Shown here in pieces: positions 35,983-54,339 of a stretch of 64,000 nt of DNA (position 1 is the first letter of the stretch; every line of letters starts with the position of its first letter). The notes beneath the pieces are model-generated. The model did not search any database. It was not told the DNA's origin and saw nothing but the letters and a program-made list of their open reading frames with translations. The DNA comes from the human T2T-CHM13v2.0 reference genome, Homo sapiens: assembly GCF_009914755.1 (NCBI RefSeq), contig NC_060936.1; one strand, written 5' to 3'. Made by a program: the position numbers and the translations under genes.

Positions 35983-37583
35983 CCAGAAAGCCCAGGGCTG
36001 GCCAAACCCCACCCCTCATACCTCTCTTGGCCCCTCCTCCCAGCCATCAATCCACTGGAACAGCCATTATGTCCCTTCATTCTCTAGACAGGTGCCTCAG
36101 GAAGGCACAGAAAGGGGTCACACCACTTGGTCATGGTGCCTTACCTGTGTCCACTGGACTCAGGCTGGTCCTTTAATGGGATGAGGGCAGAACAGGCTGT
36201 GGGGCCACATCCCATTGTCAGAGAGGCCAGGGATAAAGCCAGAAAGGAGACAGGGGAAGGAAGGGCCTGTGGGCAGCAGTTCCTCCTCATAGGTGCTGAA
36301 CAGAGAAAGTGAGGAGCCTCCAGCCTCCATCCTGGCAGGACCATCAACCACTGGTAGAGATCCCCTTTTGGGAGGTCCAGTCCTAGCCAAGGGCCAGCTC
36401 CAGAGACTTTGGTCCATTTTCTCTAGAATGGACATGATACAGCTGTCTGAGTCAGGACTCTAGAATGTTCAGGACTGAGCCCTGCTGAGGACAAGAGGGA
36501 ACAACATGCCATGGAGATCCTTGTGCAGCCTGGGCCTCTGACTGTGACCAGCTAGCACCCAGTGCCTCTTTGCTGGGTCTCTGGGCCCTGCTGGTTGCAG
36601 GAAAGGCCTCAGCCCAGGGATGGGATGGGCCCAGGCTCTGCGTGTTTCCTGGGAGGGCCAAAGGGTGGTGCCTCCCATAGCAGCCCAAAGCACAGTAGTC
36701 ACTGCTGCTGCTTCTGCCCTGAGTCTGGGGGAGCCGGCATGTGGGGAACATGGGGGCTGGTTCTCCTGCGACAGGGAGGCAAGCAGCTGTGCCCTCCACT
36801 CCACACCACCCTGTTGGCAGCACATCCTTCAAGCTCAGGGTTGCTGGGAAGCTGGTCCCAGTGCCCTCCTGCTTCTCCTCCAGGCCTGGGGATTGCCAGG
36901 GATGCATGGGGCCACAGGTGAGCAATGCAATGGTTGCCAGACACCAAGGCTCCTGTTCTCTTTGCCACACTACCCCATTCCCTCCCTATCACAATGCTCT
37001 TCTGCAACCTCCGTCAAGATTCTCCTGTTCTCCCGACCCCCACCGTCAGATCTCCCAGCTATGGCTCCTCCTTCTGTTCCACCCATGACCCCACAGGAAG
37101 GTTGGTATTTGTGCCTTTGCCTCTCACAGAGCAGCTTGGGAGCTCCTGAGAGCAGGGCCAGAGTCTGACTTCTCTGGGTTAAGGGCTACTGATCTCAGCC
37201 CAGACCACATGTGGCTCTCCCCTGAGATGGGCACGTGGCCAGGTGAGCACAAGGTCACAGACACTCCAAAATCCACAGTCCACACCTAGGGCTACCATAA
37301 TCGACCCAGAAATTCAGCTTCCAGGAATTTATCCTAATAATAGCCAGGTGAAGGGCAAAGGGCAGAGGGCAGGGTTGCCCACGCTAATGCTGCATATAAA
37401 ACAGACACACTGGAAACTCCAGATGTCCATCTGTCGGGCACTGCTGCATGATTAATGTACACCCACATCATGAAACACTGGCCCCGGGTGGAAAGGCTGA
37501 TGTTCATCTCTGTACTTTGACATGGACAGATGCCCAGGATACATGGTTAAGTGAATACAAGGGGGGAGTTCAAAACATTAAAC

Positions 37584-37589
37584 TTTAAT
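37584..37589 (-). terminator. ANHX: Candidate ANHX poly(A) signal (ATTAAA)
   Basis: TTTAAT on +, about 550 nt downstream of the ANHX stop. Confidence 0.55.
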
Positions 37590-38136
37590 TGACTACAACA
37601 TTTGTGTCATAGACACAGTGAATTACAACCTGGAGGGAAAATCCACCCTACTCTGCCCTGCCTAGGCCATTCGCAGACAGGTTTGCCTCCCAGTACTCAA
37701 GGGAGAAGCCCCTACACACAGAAATCTCAGAACACTCCTCATACCTCACTCAGTTAACTTGGTGGAAAAGTCTGGCTGTGTGCACGGGCAGACGGCAAGG
37801 CAGCCAGCAGCAGAACACTCCCCTCTCTAGAATGGCCTTCTCTGCACGAGTGCCCCGGAGCCCGACTGATCCAGTGCTGCGTGAGTGGGACAGACCCACC
37901 TTTGACTTCTGATCTCACGAACATTTCTCAAATGCTTTCTCTACTACAGGGAATTGCTAACCAAACTATTCAAACATGGCAGTGGGAAAGAATCTCTGCT
38001 TTTCAGCAGAGCCCCCAGGGGAACTCTGGGGACCTTCATTTTGTATTCAGGATAAAGCTCTGTAACTCCTTGTGTTGACCAGGGAGACCATCCACACCCG
38101 CTCCTCCTGGGGTGCTGTCTGGCTCCTGGGGATAGC

Positions 38137-38268
<132 letters not shown>

Positions 38269-38513
38269 TCAAGACCTGCCCTCCCACCTGGGCACCTCCT
38301 GACCTTGGGAAGACCCCCCGCAACCAGTCTGGACTCAGGAGGGAATGTTGCCCCACAGCATCCCTCACCCCAGCTCCCAGTCCAGTAATGTCCAGCCACA
38401 AATCATCTTTGCCCCTTGTTTATCTTTGCCTGGTGTATTCACTCCAGTGGCACTAGCTGAACCCTCCTCAGCACCATGAGCTGCAGATCCAGGAGTAAAG
38501 AGGGAATCCTTCA

Positions 38514-38648
<135 letters not shown>

Positions 38649-40455
38649 CTATCTCAAGGGGACACTGGGGTGACAAAATCCACCCAGCTGTGCTTTCTTC
38701 CTCATCAGGAGACATTCTAGTACTTGACACTCATCAGAACAGACTCTCTTCCTGCAGGGCTGTCACGTATGTAGGGTGTTAGGAGGGGAACATGTTACAC
38801 AGAGAGCAGGGTCACCCGGTGGGTCATAGGGGCAACTGCACAGAGGGCTAAGAGCAGGGTCATGGAAGAGCCAGTGAACAGAAATGTGGAGGAAACAGAG
38901 ACCTCAAAGGAGGAAGAGCCGGGATGCACGGCACAGTCACTCAGGACAAGGGGCGGTGGTTCTTCAGCAAGGTCAACGCATACTAGCATGTGACATGGCC
39001 ACGGCACTCCTGGGCATGCACCATGAGAAATGAAGGCAGGTGTGCAGACTATACACATACAGGATGTTCACAGCAGCTTTATCTGTGATGCCCCCAAATC
39101 CCCATCCACAGGACAAGGGTGAAGAAGCTGTGGCACATCCACGCAATGGCACGTGGCTCCCCAGAGAGAGAAAGAACTGTTCATGCATCCAAAACATGGT
39201 GACTCTCAAAGTCGTCATGCAGAGCGAAGGAAGCCAGACCACAGCAAAACAAAGACCCGAAAATATACCGTATTTACATGAAATTCTATAAAATGCAGCT
39301 AATCCTTAGTGACAGAAGCAGATCCATGGTCCTGGGTGGCCAGGGAGAGGCGAAAGGCAGGAGGAGGGTACATTGAAGACCTTCATCACGGTGGTGGCCT
39401 CGTGTGGATGTGAAAGTCACACTGAGAAAATTCAGGTGCTCCGTCTACACATGTACAGCCAATTACACCTCAATGAAGCCACTTTTAACGAAGGAACTGA
39501 TGTTTTCAGGTTGAAGCATGGCCTTCAGATCGGAACAGGGAGGCATGGGAGTTGGGGGAGCAAGAGAAGGGGTCGAGATGGCCATGTGGAGAGGTGAGGC
39601 GAGACACACAAGGGGACACCGTGGCCATGGCAGCCTCTGCCTGGTCTCAGCTCCCAGCCATGAATGGAAAAGTGAGTCCATCTGTGTGGTGTACATTTTC
39701 TCACAGTCAGGCTGTTTGAGCAAGCAGGCCATGTGATTTAGGGGCTGCTCCGCCTTTTCTCCTATGTCCCCCTGTAATTCTGCCCTCACTAGCATGAGCC
39801 TTGAGTCAACCTGGTTGCAGCTCCCTGATGAGGGAGACCCCACAACCTGGGGATCTGCTCTGCTCCTGGAGGCCCTAGTGTAGAGAGGATGGGGCGTCTG
39901 CTAGAACAGGAGTGGCGGGTGCGATAGCCTCCCCACCAGAGGACCCCAGGCCACCCTGCCCCACTCCTCCATCCCTCCTGTCTCTGCAGGATCCCACCTG
40001 CTGGGCTGGCCCCGAAGGCCCTGGTCATCTTCTGTTTCTACAGCACTGACACTATCAACAGCAAGTGCTCACGGACGCTGTTCAAGACCCCAAGTCCCTT
40101 GAAAACTACAATTCAGAATATAAAATCAGGATCTTGATTCTGCCAGAAACTGACAGTGTTTGTTCAGGGAAAAGAAAGGCTGCTGGGGTCCAGGGTGATT
40201 TGGGGGTAAGGGTGAACCCTGATCATGTCCAATGCATGGGATGCCCACATCTGCTCTGATGTTTTGGGCTCTCCTGAGAGAAAAACTACCCTTTTCTTCA
40301 TAGGTGTAGGCTTGGGGGGACTGTTACAGTTTTCAGCAATCCAAAGGAGAGGACCCTATCTGCACAGTCCGGGACGGTGAGTCTATAAACTGGGCATTAC
40401 CCTATCTTGTGGCCTGTGGAAAGGACTGTCCAGGCCTGTGGCTCTTCAGGGCTTA

Positions 40456-40677
<222 letters not shown>

Positions 40678-42120
40678 TCAAAGCACGGAGGCGGATGCAG
40701 CCTCCGGCCCAGCCAGCCCGCGCCACGTGAACCAGACTCACGGTCCCTGGGCCTCAGTCTCCCTCTCTGAGGAAGGAACTGTCACAACCATTGATCTCAA
40801 CAGCCTTCCAGGCTTCCAGAGACCAAGACACGGTTGCTTCTGCTGACTTTAAATGCTGCTGTCATCGCAGACCTCATGTGCCCTCGGTGCCAGTCAGAGT
40901 CTGCAGCTTGCTCCGTCCTGCTGGTGCGGAAGGATGTGCCAGGAGCCCTCAGTCTCCTCTTGTGGCTGGTTCACGGAGTGCTTGGCCACCAGCCCTTGGT
41001 GGTTTCCACTTTTACCTCTTACTAAGGTTACCAAGATGTCACTGAGGTATAAGCTGTCACTAGTTTCCCCTCCCTTTGACTTTCCAGAGCGTATCTCAGA
41101 ACATCTCTCACTCTTAGACAAGCTACTGTGGTTTTGGTCAATTCTGGGTGGACATTTAGGAGAGCTGTGGCCTGAAAAGGCAGGTTTTTTCCTGCCCTGA
41201 GTCTACTAGGCTGTAAAACAAGCATTAAGATGGCCCTGATCTCAAGACATGGAACAAGCGGCCTGGGGGTGAGGCTCATGTGGTCCTCCTTCCTGTACAG
41301 CAGAGTGACCACCTAACCTGGTGCCCAGCTGCCCAGGGCCTTCTTAGGTTGAAGGGACCTTCCTGACCATGTGCCTGCTTTCTGCTATTTCCTCTTTCAT
41401 GCAGACCTTACAGACACTCTGGAGAGAGGAAATAATGTTCAAGCACTAGTTTGGACATTCTAGTTCCATCCATCATAGTACAGCAATAGATTACGCATTC
41501 TCTTTCCAAGAGAAAGGGAAAGCCATGAGCACAATGTCCACAGTCGTGCAGTCAGGACGCAAGTGCAGCCCATGGTGATGGGGTGTCTGGCAGGGAGCTG
41601 GGGTGTGGGGCAGGGGCTGAGATTCCCAAGGAGCTCGGGAGGGAGAGCATCCGGGTACCCAGGCAGCAGCAGGGAACCCGAAGGCAGGGGTTTCAATAGA
41701 CAGAACAAAGGAGTTCGCTGATTCCCACAGAACATCCCCCCTCACTTGAGCAGGCTCCAGGTCTGAAGACCAGCTCCTCTTGTCCCAATGTGAAGACACC
41801 CATTGACCGTCCCCACGCCAGCCTCGTCAGTAAGTACAGACAGGCAAATGTGAGTGTCCAACAGTTAAATAAAAAGGACAGCAAAAAATGGAAGGTCAGT
41901 ATGATCAAACTGACAAGCCCTCTCCTGAGGCGCGAGCCCTAAGATCCCTTCTTCTTTCTGGCCCTGCATCAAGGAAGGGCCAGAATCCACAGTCCCAACA
42001 GTCCTGACTTCAGACAGTGAAGCACATTTAAAAAAATTATTATTAGGAACCTTAGAGAAGTGTAAGATATTGCATCCATAGAAAGTAACAATCTATGAAG
42101 GAAGAAGAGTTCAGAGATCA

Positions 42121-44262
<2,142 letters not shown>

Positions 44263-44559
44263 TCATAGCTCCAGTTTCCTCCTTACAAAGTGAGAAGTCT
44301 CATGATTCTGGTGTACTGGATGGGCAAAATATACATCTAAATACATACTCTTTAAATGATTTTACAGCTTCAACGATAACTTAGAAGCTAAAATCATGGG
44401 ATCTCTACTACAGGCTAAGGGGGGTGGACAAGCGGGGAGTCTAAGGAGCTCAGCCTTCTCTGCTGCACCCGGTGTTAATAGATAAATCAAGTGGACTGCA
44501 GTGGAGAGCACAGGGTGGCAGCTCTTTCCTTTCAACTCTTCCTCTTCAGTGATATGCAT

Positions 44560-44562
<3 letters not shown>

Positions 44563-44591
<29 letters not shown>
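44563..44591. repeat. (CA)n microsatellite
   Basis: Uninterrupted CA run. Confidence 0.95.
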
Positions 44592-44594
<3 letters not shown>

Positions 44595-44784
44595 AAAACA
44601 GATGAGAAATAATCTGGGATGTTTGTGGGAAGAGTCTTTGTTCTGGCTACATTGGTTCCAGGTCTAATCAAATACCATGGGTTCAAGCCGTGTGGCCCTA
44701 CCCACACTTCTATCCCCTCAAACAGGACCTGAGTAGTCACAGTGTCTGGTGCTGAAACTCATGGTCTGTCTGAAGTGGACCCAC

Positions 44785-45077
44785 CTGTAGGGCTGGGATC
44801 TCCAAGGGTGGCAATGGACACAGCCACAGCGGTGTCTGCAGGGCCCATCATGAAGTCCAGCCCATGGCTGTGGACCAGCTGCCCAGTCTGGAAGGAAACT
44901 TCCTTGGAGGACGCCAGTGCAAGAGACATCAGCCAAGATTCAGGGGCAGCCAGAGAGGGGTTCAGCATGTCATTGCCAGCAGCCAGAGGGCAGAGGCCAG
45001 GGCCAGGGCAGAAGAGGGGGAGGGTGGCAGGATCATGGCCAGGCCCCTCCTGGTACATCTCGCCACCTGGCAGAGAC
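44785..45077 (-). CDS. ANHX: ANHX cassette exon (293 nt; RSLPGGEMYQEG...LGDPSPT)
   Basis: CCCCCAG|G acceptor and ACAG|GTGGGT donor. The open frame lies within ORF 44759-45148(-). Phase 2 in, phase 1 out. Confidence 0.72.
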
Positions 45078-45376
45078 CTGGGGGACATGGAGAACACTGT
45101 CTCTTGGTGGGCAGAGCCTCCCTCAGGGCAGGGCAGGAGGGAGCACAACGGTGCTCAAACAGTGCTGGTGTGCAGTAGGAACTCAAGAGATACTGGCTGG
45201 TATTAACTCAATGAAAAGCAAAACAGACAAAGTACTAGAAACAAACCACAGGGACAGCTGGGTTTGTCTTTAGGTGGCAGGGCTGCATGTGTTTCCTTCT
45301 AAGTCTGTTACCCCGTTCTCCAAGACAGACATGAACTCAGGTGATGAGTCAGGCTGCAGGAGCACGTGTGGGTTCA

Positions 45377-45715
<339 letters not shown>

Positions 45716-46119
45716 TTAGTGAGGCTCTGGTTCCCAACCTCCTTCCCATCAGGTATGAGCAGCCCTGCTGGCTGGAAAAGGCTGTTGCCATGGGGCCATC
45801 CCAATGTTTTTGCTTCTTGTCCTGTCTTTGGTGTGAACCAACAATCCATAATTGCCAACCCAGGACACCCCAAATCCCGGTGCTTGGTTCACTTCTCAAA
45901 TTGACTCACCAACTCCTCCTCTGGCCACACGATGCCCTCCTCTCCAGCCCAGCTCCTGGCCCGGCCACACAGTGACCTCAAAATGCATAGGGGCAGCCAC
46001 AGCCCAGCCTGGGCATCTTGAGCCTCAGACCTCGGACCCTGTGATCTTGCTCCCACAGAGTGACACCTGGAACCTACTGATTGGAGGAGGGCTACCCCTG
46101 TAAGCAGTGTGACTACCTA

Positions 46120-46470
<351 letters not shown>

Positions 46471-46898
46471 TCAGACAGCTCATTTACACCAAGAAAGGGG
46501 GTGACAGCCCAGCCTAACCTCTCCAAGGACAGCAGAGAGCGGTGAGCATGAGCAGAACATGCAGGCCTCACCTCCCTGGGCTGATCCCCATCCCCTGAGC
46601 AGTGAGGCCCAGGTCAGGCTGTCTGCACAGCCACATGTGCACGTCCCCCTGAGTGGGGCCCTTGCTAGGTCCACCCAGACAACATGCCCAGGGCCACCCC
46701 AAGCCCCTGGAGGGGCAGGGCCTGCAGAACCACACTGCCTGTGCCTGGCACAAACCCACTGTGCAGTGGAGAGCATGTCAGCTGGCAGATGCCTCGACCC
46801 ATCGTCCTGGTGCCTGGCACACAGTGGGTGCTGAGTGAGCAGCCGTGGGGCCACATACACAGATGTTATGACTCCACGTGAGAAAATGAAACCCTTTA

Positions 46899-47333
<435 letters not shown>

Positions 47334-47453
47334 TTAGTGAAAACTAGAGTCTCTTCCACAGACATGCACAAACCCTGACAAATACTGTTCCAGAACATCT
47401 ACAGGCCACTGTGAGGAGCCCTCTGTGGGCCCTTGCAGTGCTCCTGGGTGCAT

Positions 47454-47612
47454 CTCAGCCCATGGAGCCCCGATGGATGGCCCTCCTGGACATCCTCACA
47501 CGTAGACATCCTCATCCATGGAGGCCGCGTGCACAGCCTTCCTCGTACTCACACACAGGTGTCCTCAGCCCATGGAGCTCCCGTGGATGGCCCTCCTGGA
47601 CACACACACACA
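47454..47612. repeat. ~55-bp tandem repeat, 3 diverged copies
   Basis: CTCAGCCCATGGAGC...TGGATGGCCCTCCTGGACA at 47454 and 47564, with a degenerate middle copy at ~47511. Confidence 0.75.
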
Positions 47613-50600
47613 CTGTTGTCCTCAGGACCTGGCTGCCACCCTGGGTGCTTTTCCATTCAGTGCTTTCTGTTCATCGCTGGTTTCCAGGCATCAGCCCCAT
47701 TCTTGCATGAGTCCTCTGAGGCTTGCAGCACTCACACCCCTGCCACCCTGCATGGCCACGCCAGCTTTCTCCCTTCGTCTCTCACCCCCAAGACCTCCTC
47801 CCAAGACTTAATGTCCTTGGGTGATCTGGCTCTCATTTCACCAAGATGTTCTCAGAAGAGAAGCACCACCTGTGCCCCCAGCAAACCTGCCAGCCCTTCT
47901 GCACTCCCCAAATGCCTGTGGGGCCCCTGGTGAGGGGAGGCTCCAGCCGTGGCACCTGCTCATCCCCCATCTCACTAAGAACACTCCCCTGAACTAATTC
48001 CCTGCTTGCCATCACCAGCATTTCTTCTAGTAAGTCATTCTCATGAGCTGCTAAGCTCTGTAAATTTCTCACCTCCAGTGGTGATCCCATGAGTCTGCTC
48101 CAGTTCCAGCTAAACTTCTCAAAGAATGATCTTGGATCACTGCCACTGTCTCCTTGTCTCTGTGACACACCTGGATCCTTGCACCTTGCCACTAAAAGCA
48201 CTTGCCCAGCTCACACAATCCGAAGTTCATTTCTCAGCTCTCCTCTTAACTGGCACCTCCTCAGCCTCACTGGCTTCTGAACTCTGCACTGCTGGATTTC
48301 CTCTTCCTCTCACTGGCCATGTCTCAGCTGAATCTTCCTCATCCTCCTCTGGGCTGCAAAGTCCCAGAGGTCTGTCCCCTGAACACAGAGGACCCCTTTC
48401 TCTGTGCGCTCCCAGGATTTCAGTATCAGTCACAGAGATGACAAAGGGATGCGTGTCTGAGCAATGCTGGAGTTGGACACTGGGGGTGTTCCAGCTGGTT
48501 ATGCTCCTCTCTAGTGCTGAGCAGATTTGAATATTTCATAAGGAAAAGATGATATATGCACCAATATTACTTGTCTGTAGAAGGTGTGTCATCCCAGTGC
48601 CTACTTGGACATCTAAAATGCATCTCGCACATCATGAATCCCAAAAGAACTCCATCCCCCCTCTCCAGACTTTTCCCCAGCTCCTGTGCATCTCAGTGAA
48701 GGAACCCTCATGCTCCTGGTGGTTCCCACATAGGCCAAGAGCCCTGGAGTCTACTTTAGCCCTCTCTTTACCTCCTGCCATGTGTACAGCCCATCAGCAA
48801 ACCCCCCAGCTCCACCTCCTGTGTCAGGGTACTGACACAACACTCTCCACTTTCCCCAGCCACGATCCCAGCCCTGGGCATGCCTGGAACCTCCTAGAAA
48901 CTCCAGCATCTACTCCTGATCCCTGTATCTGCATCTTCTGTGACTCAGATGCCATCCCTTCCTGACACCACCCGGGAACCATCAGCATGGTCATAACCCA
49001 ATCCAGCAGCTACCATGGCTGCCGGCTCAATGTCCTCCTGCTGCTCATCAGCCTCTAAGGCAGGGTGAGCGAATCCATTCCAACACCTGCTTTTACATTT
49101 TTCAAGGGCTGTGAACACATACACCCCAAAATACTTCCCATCTGCCCCTGAACACCAAGCTTCTCTGATCCCAAGTCTTTGAATGTGCTGCCCCTTCCCA
49201 GAAACTTCTGCTCACATGGCTGACACATCACCATACTCAAGACTCTCCTCCAAGACTAGGACCAGCCTGCACTGACCACCCCATCTAAAGCAGCCAACCT
49301 TGCACAGCCCTCTTCTGGACATATTCTCTGCATAGCACTTCTCACTCTCTGAATTATGTGACCTACTTTATTTTCTTGTCTGTTGACTATTGTCCACATC
49401 CCAATGTCAGTTCCATGGAGGCAGAGCCTGGCCTTCATCCCCAGCACCTCCCAGAACCCAGCAGGCAGGGGGTGCTTAACAAACATGTCGACAAGATGAC
49501 ACCACTGCACTCTGGCAGGTGTCAGCATGCCCGTGGGGGGCTACAATCACATCCCCTGAAGACCCCACAGCTGATTTACTGCTGGGCTTCTGACGACTTG
49601 TCTTACTCTGTCACTCTATTTGATGGGTACCACGCAAGAAAATTCTCTGAGCCCAAAAGGTATCCATGTCTTCTTCCTTCAGCGACCAGTATTCTTACCG
49701 ACCAGGCCCTGTGGCTCAGGAATCTTTCATGACTTGGGCTGTCAGGAGTTCACAGCAAGATCTACAGCCCTTTCCTGACCAGTGGAGAGCACCTGAGATG
49801 AAGAATAAGGCTCCCCGGAGTTTGAGACCAGCCTGGGAAATATAGCAAGACCCTGTCTCTACAAAAAATTAAAAATTAGCTGGGCATGGTGGTCACAGCT
49901 ACCTGGGGGGCTGAGGTGGGAGGATCGCTTGAGCCCGGGAAGTTGAGGCTGCAGAGTTGTGACCGCCCCACTGCATGCTAGTCTGGGCAACAGAGCAAGA
50001 CCCTGTCTCAATTTTTTTTAAAGGCTCCAATTTCTCAGTGTCTGGGCTAGCGTCCTGGCTTTGCAACTCTCTCTCGTGTGGAACCTCAGGTTACCCTTTC
50101 TGTGCCTCCGTTTCCTCATCCATAAGTGGTGATGATGGTGATAATAAAAATTACTAGTAACATTTATTTAGTGCTGATAATGGTGGCGATGATAAGGACT
50201 ACCACTTATTTAGTGCCTATCATGTGCCTGGCACTATTCTGAGCGCCTGACATGTAACTCATGCTAACACTGGCAACATTCTCACCCTTAACTCTTTGAA
50301 AGGCCTTGCAACCCCTCAGTGGCCACCCAGAGCCCAGATTGTGGGGATTAGATGACCTGGGGACACATGTTGAGCTGTTCCCACCTGCCCTCCATCTCCA
50401 CTGTCCCTGGCCCAATAGCCCCCTTTCTGGCCAGTCCCTGGGTGGATGCTGGGCAGAGATGATGAGGATGCCCACCTCCTGGCCTTAGCCTCAGTCACCC
50501 TGTGGTCAGCCATCCGTTTCCAGCCATCAGCTGACTGAAGTGGCTGGTGGAGAGTGTAGCTCAGTGACCAGCATCCAGCACAGGTGTGACACACACTGAA

Positions 50601-50762
50601 GTCATCTTATGCTGACTACACTGTGACTATTACTGCTCCGGCGGACATTTCCTGTCCCTATCTCCTCACCTCCACTTTGCTTCAGCCCCTCTGGGCTTTG
50701 CATGGTACATCTAATCCCTTGGGATCCCCATGAAATATGCACAAGTAAATGCTTGTAGGTTA

Positions 50763-51131
<369 letters not shown>

Positions 51132-51498
51132 TCACCTCATAGACCTTGGGCAGATGCACTCACATCAGTCTTGAATGGGCCCCTTCCTTTAAACCTTCAA
51201 CCCTCCCCAAAACACAAGATAAGCACAGCTCCCAGCTGTACCTCAAAGGTAAGGCACATGTGGCAAGGGGAAGTCCAGTGACTCTCTTTTGGCCAACAGC
51301 AAAGGGGAGGTGGAGCAGTGGTTATAACCACATGGTGCGATTTGAGGGCCTGATGTCTGATTCAAGTCTTACATGAAAGACCTTTGTCTCCCAGCAGCAG
51401 TGCTGGTCCCTCAGGTACTCGGCACAATCTAAGGTGAGGGGGATGAAGGGGTCCCTGTCTGTGGCCAGTACACCCATCCACTTAACTGGACTTTGCTG

Positions 51499-51622
51499 AT
51501 GACGGAGGATGCCTGGTGCTGGTCTCCCGTGACTCCTGTGTGGCTCCCACCATTTCCTTAATGACGGAGGATGCCTGGTGCTGGTCTCCCGTGACTCCTG
51601 TGTGGCTCCCACCATTTCCTTA
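51499..51622. repeat. Perfect 62-bp tandem duplication
   Basis: ATGACGGAGGATGCCTGGTGCTGGTCTCCCGTGACTCCTGTGTGGCTCCCACCATTTCCTTA x2. Confidence 0.97.
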
Positions 51623-53254
51623 ATTCCAATCATCTGCCACAGGAGTGATCCCTGTGGCCCCACACTGGCCTTTAACTACGATGCTGCCTGGACCATCCTG
51701 GCGAGGGAGGTGCTGAGAATCATTCAGCTTTCTCTCTGAGGCATCAGAGAGGCCCAGTCTTGCTCGGCAGTGACCCCTCAGAGCCGACGGCTCTGTGCCC
51801 CACTCTCCTCTCAGCACGCGGCCTTCAGGGAACCTGCATGGGAACTTCCCCCTGCCCTGACGTGGGGGCAGGAACACCCTGCACAGGCTGGGGTTGCCAC
51901 CCGTTCTTGATGTGGTGGTCCCTTCATGCCTCCCAGGTCTCAGCCGCAAGTCACCTCCTCAGACGTACCTGTGGGTCACCCTGACTGAGCTTCTAATTCC
52001 TCTGCAGGGGGTTTTCATCACTGATGCCAGTGGTTGCCTTCACGGCAGTCATTACAACTCTAACTCTGCACTCTCTCGTTTGTTTACTTCATTTATTTTG
52101 ACAGATTTGAAAGACCTGGAGCCCTGCTAGGTTCTAGGTGTCGTGCTGTGTGTCAGCCAATCTTGCAGTGAGAAAGGCTGTGGTGGCCCTGCCTCATGGA
52201 CCTTCAGTGTAGTAAGGGAGGCAGATTGACAAACAACCTTCTAGTTACAAACAGAGGCAGGGACAGAAAAGGGGTAACGGGGGGGCAATACTGGAGAGTG
52301 AAGGAGGCACCACCTCCCTGGGCTGACATTTAAAGTAGAAACCAGAAGGGTAGGTAGGCACTGGCCACACGGAGAGCCAGGCGCCAGCCTCTAACAGAGG
52401 AAAGACACCTGCAAAGGCCTTGGGACAGGGAAACATCTCGGGAGTTGGAACGGCAAGGAGACTGGTGTGGCCACTGCAGAGGAGGCTGGGAGGAGTCAGA
52501 GGTGAGAGGACAGCAGCAGGCTCAGGCCCCGGATCTGGGAGCCACTGCTCAGGGGCACACTGTGATACCATTTGCATTGTAAAAACTCCCTCTGGCTGCT
52601 GTGTGAACAGGTGGAGGGGACAGGAGGACACCACACTAGCTTGGTGAGGGGTTGGAAGGAACCGAGTATCTTGAAGGTAAACTCACAATGAATTATGTAT
52701 GGACTGTTTTACAGGGTCAAAGAAAGGAAAAATAGGCATTCAAATTCCTTTTTGGAAACCCTTTGGGCCACGTTTTCTGTGATTCAGAATTTTTCAGATT
52801 TCAGCAAGTAACGCAGGCATCCAGCACACGACATGCACCACTCAGCACGACCTGGGGCAGCATCCTGTCATCAAGCATACTCTTATTTAGGCAGCAAAAC
52901 GTACAGTGGTCACATTAGTTGGAACAATAAACACTATAAATAGCTTCAGATCAGCACAGGTCAGGTTCAGTGCCTAATGCGTTGAGGTTGAAGGTACCAG
53001 CAGGTGAGCGAGAGATACTTTTGGTTTTCAGAGTTCTCCATTGCAGACTTGCGGCCGGGGAATGAGAAGGGGTCTGTCTGAATGCCTTGCTAAGATGCTG
53101 GCTCTCCAAAGACAGGACTGCATTTTATTCACTCACTTTATTGGCATCTTGCCTGTCACAGATCACCACTCAATAGGGATTTGCCAAATGAGTAGTTTTA
53201 ACTCAGATTACCAAACTAGTTAGAGCTTAGTAATGTGAGAGCGGAGTAAGGTTA

Positions 53255-53743
<489 letters not shown>

Positions 53744-54339
53744 TCAATCGCCCAACCCACTCTGCAAAGCAGGTGATGCACGGCTCTTGTGCCGTGGACA
53801 CTTGTAGAGTAGGAATAAGACCTCACACATCCCGAGAGAGGGCAGCACCATAGCATACACCCTCTAGAATTTCCTTCTAATCCCCCAAATACTTTAGTCC
53901 TTAACGAACACGGCTGTGCACCAAGCACTGGGCTGGGTACTGTCTGCAACAGCTCCTCCACTGCTCTGGGCTCAGTAGGGTAGGGACCTTGTGTGCAGGG
54001 GTCACCAGTGGATGCCAAGGCCTTTCATCTGAACCCACATACATGCACTTGTTTTAACAGCAGAAACTGCTCACGCCAATACTTAATCCAAACAATGTCA
54101 AAGACACACTTTGCAATCACACGCTTGGTCCTGCATCCACACAGGAGGAACCTTTACTTGTTCTAACGGTGCCTCACCTAAGGACATTCAGGCAGCTGCC
54201 AGTGACTGCTTTTCCCAACAGAAAACCTTCCCCAATCGATCTTACTTCTGCGGAATACACTTTTATTCACAGAAGTGGGGGCAGGGTAGTAGGTGTTGCC
54301 AAACTGCTTTCCAAAAGGTTTGTAAATCCTCACAGCCGC

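Noticed and set aside
36452-37168. Cluster of 100-180 aa ORFs between ZNF268 and ANHX
   Set aside because: No recognisable domain or consistent exon chain. Length is explained by GC content.
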